A DNA stretch of 56,562 nt from a virus (lineage: Duplodnaviria > Caudoviricetes). Both the position numbers and the translations under genes were made by a program. A model generated the notes under the pieces. The model was not told the origin of the DNA, made no database searches, and was given only the letters and a program-made list of their open reading frames with translations. Shown one piece after another: positions 8,867-15,763 of the stretch. How positions within the stretch are numbered: the first letter of the stretch is position 1; each line of letters starts with the position of its first letter. The DNA is taken from IMG/VR virus record IMGVR_UViG_3300021959_000047, positions 1 through 56,562 of that record; one strand, written 5' to 3'.

Positions 8867-9040
8867 TTACAATTCCTCTGTCACTACACGAAATGTGTAG
8901 CCTAGTTGTTTGATTAAGTTTACATCACGTTCAGTCAACGTAGTTGTACCTGCAATCTCAGCAAGTGTTCGTGATGTGCTGCACTTAGGGTACACTCGAC
9001 GTGTACCATAAGATGTTTCAATTGATACTAACAATTCCAT
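8867..9040 (-). CDS. Small phage protein, 57 aa (MELLVSIETSYGTRRVYPKC...IKQLGY)
   Basis: Manual translation; AGGAG RBS; exactly fills the gap. Confidence 0.7.
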   Translation of the reverse strand: MELLVSIETSYGTRRVYPKCSTSRTLAEIAGTTTLTERDVNLIKQLGYTFRVVTEEL

Positions 9041-9042
9041 TG

Positions 9043-9732
9043 TTATACTCCTTGTGCTACTGTGTCAGCTTTACGTTTACTGCTACCATGTGCAGGAAAA
9101 CCAACGATTGCATCACGTTGTTTTGCACACAGTTGGCATGTAGCACAGGACACATCGTCACGAACTGTGGCAGGGCATACAACTACTTTGCGTCCCTTTG
9201 GGGTCACAGTGTTGGTTGTCTGTGCCTCTGGCAATACAGTTGCAACAGGGCCAATGCCCAAGTCATACAATGCATCAGCATGTGTGACGTTGTTGGCAGA
9301 TAGATTGACGACAAAGCCCTTGTCATTCATACGTTTGACTACACGAGCATTATGCTTGTCAGTCAACACAGGGTAGTGTGTGTAAGTGAACCCACGTTTG
9401 CCAACATTGGCATCAGCAAGCTGATCGTTAGCCTCAGCATCCAGACGGTTGCCATCACCTGCAAGATCACCTGCTTGGTTGTGTCGCCACAACTGACCAT
9501 CCTTGAAGGATGCCACAGTGCTGATGAATGTGTCCCATGCATCACCACGTTCACCACTGGTCACTTTGGCCCAATGCATAGCAAGAGGGCCACCATTTGC
9601 ATAGCAACCACCTTCGTTGGCATTGTTAAATGGACAAGCACTAGGACAAGTGTCGGCACTTGTAGTGGTTACAGGAATAGGGCCGACTTTGCGGTTACCT
9701 GATTTGTGTGTAGTGTGTACTGTGTAAGTCAT
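9043..9732 (-). CDS. Gp88-like Cys-rich protein
   Basis: SGNRKVGPIP, TCPSACP..CYA, WRHNQAGD, FTYTH, CPA..SCATCQLC..VGFPAHG; start ATG 9732 after GGAG. Confidence 0.6.
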   Translation of the reverse strand: MTYTVHTTHKSGNRKVGPIPVTTTSADTCPSACPFNNANEGGCYANGGPLAMHWAKVTSGERGDAWDTFISTVASFKDGQLWRHNQAGDLAGDGNRLDAEANDQLADANVGKRGFTYTHYPVLTDKHNARVVKRMNDKGFVVNLSANNVTHADALYDLGIGPVATVLPEAQTTNTVTPKGRKVVVCPATVRDDVSCATCQLCAKQRDAIVGFPAHGSSKRKADTVAQGV

Positions 9733-9752
9733 AACGGTTACTCCGTAAAAGT

Positions 9753-9766
9753 GTCCAACGTTGGAC
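9753..9766. repeat. Palindrome GTCCAACGTTGGAC, exact intergenic copy
   Basis: Direct reading; lies just upstream of the Gp88-like RBS. Confidence 0.95.
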
Positions 9767-9774
9767 GGTTTCAT

Positions 9775-10011
9775 TTATGAACGTTCAGCTTGTTCAAGCC
9801 AACGTAGTGCTACATCTGTAGATGATGCACCGACAGACATACAAACGTCAACAGCTTTCTGTTGAACAGCTTGTTCCTCCGCAAGTTGGTATTCCAACTC
9901 ACGTTGAAGATACTCCACATGTTCAGCAGTAGGCTGAATACCACGTGGTCTGATGCCATGTACATCCTTATACAAATCACTGAAAAAATCTAAATCCATG
10001 TTAAACTCCAT
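9775..10011 (-). CDS. Conserved small phage protein
   Basis: FSDLYKDVHGIRPRG motif followed by a coiled segment. Confidence 0.7.
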   Translation of the reverse strand: MEFNMDLDFFSDLYKDVHGIRPRGIQPTAEHVEYLQRELEYQLAEEQAVQQKAVDVCMSVGASSTDVALRWLEQAERS

Positions 10012-10028
10012 TGTTAATGTCTATACAT

Positions 10029-10069
10029 GTTATATAACACTTTCACAAAGTATTCAAGTGTTATATAAC
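10029..10069. promoter_or_regulatory. 14-bp inverted repeat overlapping a minus-strand promoter
   Basis: GTTATATAACACTT-N13-AAGTGTTATATAAC; minus strand reads TTGAAT-N17-TATAAC. Confidence 0.6.
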
Positions 10070-10079
10070 TGTAAGACTA

Positions 10080-10250
10080 TTAAAGCTGACCATCACCGAA
10101 CCAAATTTGTGCTATTGCCATCATAGTGACAGGAACAAGCACTATAAGTGCTGATGGATCAATCCAAGCATTTGCAACTGCAAATATGATGAGTGTGAGC
10201 ATCTGCAAGATGATTGCCCAAGCACAAACGATCAATGTTTTACCAAACAT
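10080..10250 (-). CDS. Small two-TM membrane protein, 56 aa
   Basis: Manual translation MFGKTLIVCAWAIILQMLTLIIFAVANAWIDPSALIVLVPVTMMAIAQIWFGDGQL; AGGAGG RBS. Confidence 0.7.
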   Translation of the reverse strand: MFGKTLIVCAWAIILQMLTLIIFAVANAWIDPSALIVLVPVTMMAIAQIWFGDGQL

Positions 10251-10252
10251 TC

Positions 10253-10867
10253 TTATGCCTCCTTCTTAGCTTGCAAAGCAAGACGTGACTGTAGATCGGC
10301 AATAATGACCTCAAGGTCAAGGCCATTTTGTGTGCACTGCTCCACAATTGTATCCACAATTGCAGTGCGAGTAAGAGGCACTGAAACCTTAGTTTCACTG
10401 TGCTCAATCCATCCAGTGTCTGACACTAGACCATCAGACTGTCCAACGTTGGACACTTCTGCTTTAGCAGGTTTAGGTGCTTCCACTGCCTCTGCTTTAG
10501 CAGCTTGCTTCATAGCACGTTGAAGTGCAGTCAATGATGTAAATCCCTTACGGGATTGTTTGATGAACTCAACACACTCAGCTTGGTTCTCATAGAACCA
10601 TAGTGCCTCACTACGACGACGACGGTCAATGTTGTGAATACCATGTGTCCGAAGGACATGTGTTGGTATTTGACCACTATCCAGAGCACTTTGTGCTTTG
10701 AGTGTGGATAGCAGCTTGCCCAAACGAGTATCAAAGCCATTGGCTTTCGTGGACTGTTTCACATTGTTCAATGTGCTCCACATCTTGCCTAGGGCTTTGC
10801 CCTCTTTCACAAGAGCATCAATTGAAGTACCTTCAACTTTAACTGCTTTGTTTGCTGATTTTGTCAT
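10253..10867 (-). CDS. First early gene, 204 aa, putative DNA-binding protein
   Basis: Long ORF with RBS; basic IDRRRRSEALWF segment; carries a palindrome copy; function inferred only. Confidence 0.7.
   Translation of the reverse strand: MTKSANKAVKVEGTSIDALVKEGKALGKMWSTLNNVKQSTKANGFDTRLGKLLSTLKAQSALDSGQIPTHVLRTHGIHNIDRRRRSEALWFYENQAECVEFIKQSRKGFTSLTALQRAMKQAAKAEAVEAPKPAKAEVSNVGQSDGLVSDTGWIEHSETKVSVPLTRTAIVDTIVEQCTQNGLDLEVIIADLQSRLALQAKKEA
10441..10454. repeat. Palindrome GTCCAACGTTGGAC, exact copy
   Basis: Direct reading; encodes SNVG in the 204-aa protein. Confidence 0.95.
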
Positions 10868-10878
10868 CGGTCTATTCC

Positions 10879-10970
10879 TTACTATCTTATGTTACATTAA
10901 GAGAGTTTATTATACTCTCACTTAACAGTGAGTGTAATAAACTATCTATGTAACTATTATAAGATAGTAA
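10879..10970. repeat. Long AT-rich imperfect inverted repeat
   Basis: Arm pairs TTACTATCTTAT/ATAAGATAGTAA, GTTACAT/ATGTAAC, AGTTTATTA/TAATAAACT, CTCACT/AGTGAG. Confidence 0.85.
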
Positions 10971-11088
10971 TATAGTCAAGCTGTTTCTTCACGTGATCCT
11001 CTGCCCGTGCCGTTTCACGTGCGACTGCAGTAATCTAAGATTACGAAGTTCGTGCGCAAAACTTGTGTGCATGTGCGAGGCAATCACC

Positions 11089-11102
11089 GTCCAATGTTGG
11101 AC
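11089..11102. repeat. Palindrome variant GTCCAATGTTGGAC (1 mismatch)
   Basis: Direct reading; non-coding. Confidence 0.85.
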
Positions 11103-11534
11103 AGTTTTGTGATCACAGTTGACATGACCCTCACCCCTTATGGGGTGGTGTATAAATGTGCATCGACTCCGTTACACACCTTGTGATCACAAAATCACTG
11201 TGGTCATACAGTCTAAAGACTGGCAACTGATTCCATAACAGTTGTCTCACCATACTAAGTCACTGTTTTTGTTACAGTTCCTCGTGTGTTGGTGAATGTG
11301 TATGCATTATGTGTGTGCACCAACGTCACATATGTGTGTATAGCATGCAATGTGTGTGTCATGAGGGGGGCAGGCAGGGGCCACACGGGGGTAGTACGTA
11401 TATGTATACACGTAAATACACAGATCAGGAAAAATGGAGTGTTAACCACATTACATATATAGTGGTTTACATAGAACAGTGTTCCATAAAACGTGGGATT
11501 ACAAGAACAATGTTCTTATTTTATCTATTAGGGG

Positions 11535-11566
11535 TTGACATGTCTCACAGAATGTGTAAAACTATA
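11535..11566 (+). promoter_or_regulatory. Rightward promoter
   Basis: TTGACA-N16-TAAAACTATA. Confidence 0.65.
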
Positions 11567-11714
11567 ATAGTTAAAACTAAGATGACACTTAAAGTGTATC
11601 ACTTAGATGTTAATATAGTTAGATATAATTATACTTAACTTATATATCACTTAAATGTAACACTTACAATGTACCGCCGTTAGGCGAGGACTTTGTATTA
11701 TATTACGAAAGTTC

Positions 11715-11746
11715 TTGACAATGAGTAAAAAATCAGTAAAACTATA
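11715..11746 (+). promoter_or_regulatory. Second rightward promoter of the same pattern
   Basis: TTGACA-N16-TAAAACTATA. Confidence 0.6.
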
Positions 11747-11936
11747 TACTGACGATGTTCTTTCTGAGTTTTATAATCACGTACTCAATGGAACTATAGA
11801 TAGATTGCATATCCCTCATAGTGATGTATTCTATGTACGAGAAGCCGTACAGAACCACTATGGGAGGAAGTTTACGTTAGAACATGTAGAGTGGGCTATG
11901 CGTATGGAAGGATGGACTGACAGTGGCGATACCTGA
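11721..11936 (+). CDS. Hypothetical protein
   Basis: First ORF of the plus arm; start uncertain. Confidence 0.6.
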   Translation: MSKKSVKLYTDDVLSEFYNHVLNGTIDRLHIPHSDVFYVREAVQNHYGRKFTLEHVEWAMRMEGWTDSGDT

Positions 11937-12216
11937 ACGAGTTAAAACTAAAATGAAAGAGGAGGGGTTGACGGGAGTTAATAAGCCTAAGCGTACCCCT
12001 AAGCACCCTACTAAGTCTCACTGTGTGATGGCGAAGGAAGGTGACACCTACAAGTTTATACGTTTTGGTCAGCAAGGCGTTAAGGGTGCAGGTAAGAATC
12101 CTACATCAGCTAAAGATAAAGCACGTAAGAAGAGCTACTATGCTAGGCATAATGCTCAAGGTAAACCGACTAGTAAGCTGAGTGCGAAGTACTGGTCACA
12201 TAAAGTTAAGTGGTAA
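11923..12216 (+). CDS. Conserved basic phage protein
   Basis: NKPKRTP.HP.KSH.V.AKEG...IRFGQQG...SYYARH...YWS.KVKW pattern. Confidence 0.8.
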   Translation: MAIPERVKTKMKEEGLTGVNKPKRTPKHPTKSHCVMAKEGDTYKFIRFGQQGVKGAGKNPTSAKDKARKKSYYARHNAQGKPTSKLSAKYWSHKVKW

Positions 12217-12231
12217 ATAGGAGAAGTACCC

Positions 12232-12681
12232 ATGCTAACAAAAGCACAGAAAGCAGCTAAAGCCGCACGTAAAGCAGCACAGGCAGCTAAGACAGTTGAG
12301 AAGAAAGGTAGCATTGCTACACGTACAACTGTAAGTAAATCAGATATCCAACAAGCAAAGACTGCTCGTGAGTTGGACGCAATGCAACGCCGTATTGATA
12401 ATATGCAAGACGGTAAAAGTAAAGACATGATGCAGAACATGTTGGACAGACAACGTGCCAAGTTTGAAAAGATGCAATCTGATGAAGTCACAAGCCGTAC
12501 ACTAAAGAGTGCACGTGCTAAACCAAAAGAAGAAGTGACTCTACCAGAGATGCCTTTCAATAAAGGTGGCATGGCACCTAAGAAGTACAACAAAGGCGGG
12601 TACGCAAATTGTGGTGCCTCTATGAAGCCTGCACAGAAATCAAGTAAGATGGCATACGGCGGTATGGCACGTAAGAAGTAA
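12232..12681 (+). CDS. Basic protein with xxGG repeats
   Basis: RBS; K/A-rich; FNKGG, YNKGG, MAYGG. Confidence 0.75.
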   Translation: MLTKAQKAAKAARKAAQAAKTVEKKGSIATRTTVSKSDIQQAKTARELDAMQRRIDNMQDGKSKDMMQNMLDRQRAKFEKMQSDEVTSRTLKSARAKPKEEVTLPEMPFNKGGMAPKKYNKGGYANCGASMKPAQKSSKMAYGGMARKK

Positions 12682-12685
12682 TACT

Positions 12686-12874
12686 ATGTGGGTAGGAATC
12701 TTACTGGTATGTTTTGATCCTATGGCATTGTCCTGTAAGATTATAGCAAAACCCGAACCATTCTATACTGAACAGGCATGTTTAGAAGAAGCAGAACAAA
12801 TAGCAACCAACATAAGAGCAGGGGGTGCCTATGCCACACCACACTGCCATAAAGTTGAAGGAGACTCAGCATGA
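12686..12874 (+). CDS. Small Cys-containing protein with a hydrophobic N-terminus
   Basis: MWVGILLVC...C...F.TEQAC...C pattern. Confidence 0.65.
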   Translation: MWVGILLVCFDPMALSCKIIAKPEPFYTEQACLEEAEQIATNIRAGGAYATPHCHKVEGDSA

Positions 12875-13092
12875 AACCAGTACCAAAGGGAAATAAAGGT
12901 TTAGCTAAATTACCTAAAAAAGTTCGTAATCAAATGGGCTATATGAAAAAAGGTGGAATGGCATTTAAACTATGTAAGACATGTACTACACCTACAGCGT
13001 GTACAGCCTCACAGAAATGTGCCAAAGGTGCAAACGATTATCGTGTAGGCGGCATGGTGCTAAATACAAAAGATAATAGGAAGAAAAAATGA
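12871..13092 (+). CDS. Small basic protein with a Cys cluster and xxGG motifs
   Basis: GLAKLP..VRN.MGYMKKGG; CKTC....AC.....C. Confidence 0.7.
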   Translation: MKPVPKGNKGLAKLPKKVRNQMGYMKKGGMAFKLCKTCTTPTACTASQKCAKGANDYRVGGMVLNTKDNRKKK

Positions 13093-13415
13093 CACCAGAA
13101 CAAATGAATGACATCACGAAGCTAGGGTACATGGTCTTGGACAAAGGCAATGCCGTGATGGATATGAATACAAAAGAAATGGTACTCACTACAGATGCTG
13201 AAGGTAATCGTATTACAGAGGTAGCTGAGATCAAAGCTATTCTGGGTATGGATAAACCTAAGAAGAAAACTAAAAAGAAAAAAGCTGAAGAGACAGAACT
13301 TGTAATGGAACGTGCTCGTGATGAGAACGGACACTTTATTGCAGACGATCCTGACACCGAAGTAAACGAAGCATGGGTAGTCAAGACAGTTAAGAAAGTA
13401 TTTAAAAAGAAATGA
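13089..13415 (+). CDS. Hypothetical protein
   Basis: RARDENGHFIADDPDTEVNEAW motif common in marine phages. Confidence 0.75.
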   Translation: MTPEQMNDITKLGYMVLDKGNAVMDMNTKEMVLTTDAEGNRITEVAEIKAILGMDKPKKKTKKKKAEETELVMERARDENGHFIADDPDTEVNEAWVVKTVKKVFKKK

Positions 13416-13771
13416 CTTTAGTCACGCAGGGTAAACCCTCACGTAAACGTTCTGTGTGGGGCCACAATACAGGAACTACAACAGAAGACGTATATACTTG
13501 CCCTGCTAACTGTTCAGCAGAGGTAGTATATATTATTGTTAATAACTCTGGCTCTAGTACTAATAGTGTTAGTATTAAGTGGTATGATTCATCTGATAGC
13601 TATGCATCGGGTTTTGTAGAAGGTAAAAGTTTAGGTGCTGGTAACTTTTTAGAGTTTCAAGGTATAGAGCTTGTTTTAGAACCAGGAGATAAGATTCAAA
13701 TTATTCCAACTTCCGCAGGACACATAGACAGTATTGTTACTGTAGTAGAAACCTTTGTCCCTGTTGGTTAA
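13412..13771 (+). CDS. Putative virion structural beta-sandwich protein
   Basis: VYTCP...IIVNN...LVLEPGDKI pattern. Confidence 0.6.
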   Translation: MTLVTQGKPSRKRSVWGHNTGTTTEDVYTCPANCSAEVVYIIVNNSGSSTNSVSIKWYDSSDSYASGFVEGKSLGAGNFLEFQGIELVLEPGDKIQIIPTSAGHIDSIVTVVETFVPVG

Positions 13772-13783
13772 TGCATAACGGGG

Positions 13784-13816
13784 TTGCAATATTGTATGTA
13801 GTATGATATAACTATA
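13784..13816 (+). promoter_or_regulatory. Promoter upstream of the DUF1127 gene
   Basis: TTGCAA-N17-TATAACTATA, with a second TATAACTAT at 13822. Confidence 0.6.
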
Positions 13817-13870
13817 TATGGTATAACTATCTCTGGTAGCAAAAGTTACCGATAACAAAAGGAGATAGTT

Positions 13871-14134
13871 ATGTTAAAGAAAATATTTGTTGCATTGATT
13901 GAGGCACGTCAACGTCAAGCCAATGCTCGTATAGCAGAGATGCAACTGAACCGTATGTCAAATCGTGAATTGCAAGATATTGGCATATCACGTTGTGATA
14001 TTAAAAGAGTGATATATGAAGACCTCAACGAAAAGACGATCAAAAGCACCAGTGGCAAAAAAGAAAATGGCTCGTGGCGGCAGTACATCTACAGTAAACT
14101 CGGCTGGGAACTACACAAAGCCAACCATGCGTAA
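13871..14134 (+). CDS. DUF1127 (YjiS-like) small protein
   Basis: LNRMSNRELQDIGISRCDI signature; AGGAG RBS. Confidence 0.8.
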   Translation: MLKKIFVALIEARQRQANARIAEMQLNRMSNRELQDIGISRCDIKRVIYEDLNEKTIKSTSGKKENGSWRQYIYSKLGWELHKANHA

Positions 14135-14255
14135 GAATCTTTTTAACAAGATTAAAGCTGGTAGTAAAGGGGGCAGTGCAGGTCAATGGTCTGCACGTAA
14201 AGCCCAGATGTTAGCCAAGCAGTACAAAGCTGCAGGTGGCGGTTATAAAAATTAA
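14016..14255 (+). CDS. Conserved basic phage protein
   Basis: GNYTKP.MRK...IKAGSKGG..GQWSARKAQMLAKQYKAAGGGY. Confidence 0.8.
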   Translation: MKTSTKRRSKAPVAKKKMARGGSTSTVNSAGNYTKPTMRKNLFNKIKAGSKGGSAGQWSARKAQMLAKQYKAAGGGYKN

Positions 14256-14264
14256 GAGGGCGGC

Positions 14265-14726
14265 ATGGACCCCGTTACGATAATCTCAGGGGCCACAGTC
14301 GCCTTTAACGCATTAAAGAAAGGCTTTGCTGTAGGCAAGGACTTACAGGATATGAGCAGCCAACTTACGCAGTGGGCTGGGCATATGGCAGATTTAGGTC
14401 AGGCAGAAAAACAAGTACAGAATCCTCCGTGGTGGAAATCAATGGGCGGTTCCGTTGAAGCTGAAGCTATAGAAGTATTTGCAGCTAAACGTAAAGCCGA
14501 AGCTATGAGAGAAGAACTACGTAGCTATATTAGTTTTGTAATGGGTCCATCAGCATGGGATGAACTTGTAGCTACAGAGGCTCGTATTCGTAAACAAAAG
14601 AAAGAACATGAGTACCGTAAAGCTGAACTGCAGGAAGCGATAATAACATGGACATTATCAGGTTTGTTATTGCTTTCAGGTATTGGTGCTATCATATTCT
14701 TTGCATGGTTGACAGCAAATGGCTAA
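14265..14726 (+). CDS. Hypothetical protein with a C-terminal TM anchor
   Basis: MDPVT...; coiled region; hydrophobic C-terminus. Confidence 0.75.
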   Translation: MDPVTIISGATVAFNALKKGFAVGKDLQDMSSQLTQWAGHMADLGQAEKQVQNPPWWKSMGGSVEAEAIEVFAAKRKAEAMREELRSYISFVMGPSAWDELVATEARIRKQKKEHEYRKAELQEAIITWTLSGLLLLSGIGAIIFFAWLTANG

Positions 14727-14976
14727 AGCTAAATCACAAAAAAGTCTGGATAGATGGACTCGCCAGAAGTGGAGAACTAAAAGTGGTAAACCTTCTACGC
14801 AAGGCCCAAAGGCTACAGGAGAACGTTATTTACCAGAGGCGGCTATTAAGGCTATGTCTAGTTCGCAATATGCAGCGAGTAGTGCGAAGAAAAGAAAAGA
14901 CACTGCGGCTGGTAAACAATTTTCTAAACAGCCTAAAGGCGCAGCTAAAACGGCTGCACGTTTTCGGAGGACGTAA
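14719..14976 (+). CDS. DUF5872-like basic protein
   Basis: QKSLDRWTRQKWRTKSGKPS...GERYLP. Confidence 0.7.
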   Translation: MAKAKSQKSLDRWTRQKWRTKSGKPSTQGPKATGERYLPEAAIKAMSSSQYAASSAKKRKDTAAGKQFSKQPKGAAKTAARFRRT

Positions 14977-15296
14977 TGGTAGTTGACTTTGACGTAGACG
15001 GTGACGGTACGATCACTGAAGCTGAAGTAGCAATGAAAGAACGTATGCTTGAAATAGAGCTACGTGAAGAAAAAGCAGAATCACAAAAGTTTATGGCTTG
15101 GGTAGCTATGGGCATGATGATTATCTTTACTGTATTTCTGTTTACTCCCTTTATGTCAGACTCAAGAGTAAATGCTCTAGCAGATTTGCTAGGGCTATTT
15201 TATATTGCACAGACAGGCGTAGTTGCTGCATACATGGGTGCCACGGCATACATGGCAGGTAAGCCAATGGGCGGTAAAGCAAAGGATATGCGGTAA
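14976..15296 (+). CDS. Putative holin with an N-terminal EF-hand-like loop
   Basis: Two TM segments; DVDGDGTITEAE; directly upstream of the endolysin. Confidence 0.6.
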   Translation: MVVDFDVDGDGTITEAEVAMKERMLEIELREEKAESQKFMAWVAMGMMIIFTVFLFTPFMSDSRVNALADLLGLFYIAQTGVVAAYMGATAYMAGKPMGGKAKDMR

Positions 15297-15763
15297 TGGG
15301 ATTTAAACTAAGTAACAGATCATTGGGTAAACTTGAGGGTGTTCACCCCGATATGGTAGCAACAGTTAAACGTGCTATCGAACTGACATCCGTGGACTTC
15401 GGAGTGACGTATGGAGTCAGAACCCTTGAAGAGCAAAAGAAACTGTATGAGTCAGGCAGATCACAAACAATGAACTCTAGGCACTTGATTCAGGGGGATG
15501 GGTATTCACATGCCGTAGACCTCGTAGCCTATGATGGTCCAGATGTAATTTGGGAAATTAATGTCTATGATAACATTGCTGACGCTATGGCAGCAGCCGC
15601 TATGGAAGTTGGGTGTGCTATTAAGTGGGGAGCAGCTTGGTCAGTTGGAAATATTGCTCGTTATGACGGTACAATGGAAGATGCTATGAATGAATACATT
15701 GACCTACGTCGATCAGAGAACCGTAGACCCTTTATTGATGGCCCACATTTTGAACTTATGTAA
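15296..15763 (+). CDS. Endolysin, M15 family peptidase
   Basis: LEGVHPD, GVRTLEEQ, SRHL..AVD, WG, DGPHFEL. Confidence 0.9.
   Translation: MGFKLSNRSLGKLEGVHPDMVATVKRAIELTSVDFGVTYGVRTLEEQKKLYESGRSQTMNSRHLIQGDGYSHAVDLVAYDGPDVIWEINVYDNIADAMAAAAMEVGCAIKWGAAWSVGNIARYDGTMEDAMNEYIDLRRSENRRPFIDGPHFELM

Noticed and set aside
10870-10899. dif site (TTATGTTACAT resembles a XerD arm)
   Set aside because: No matching XerC arm; the sequence is explained by the long inverted repeat
11011-11026. Host parS-like site CGTTTCACGTGCGACT
   Set aside because: The right half deviates at three positions and there is only one copy
8678-11102. CRISPR array made of the palindromes
   Set aside because: Spacing is 650-1100 bp and irregular, and the repeat is only 14 bp; the Cas4-like gene is a routine phage exonuclease
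11474-11515. LexA boxes
   Set aside because: Spacing is GAAC-N3-GTTC, matching neither the Firmicute N4 palindrome nor the alphaproteobacterial GTTC-N7-GTTC direct repeat
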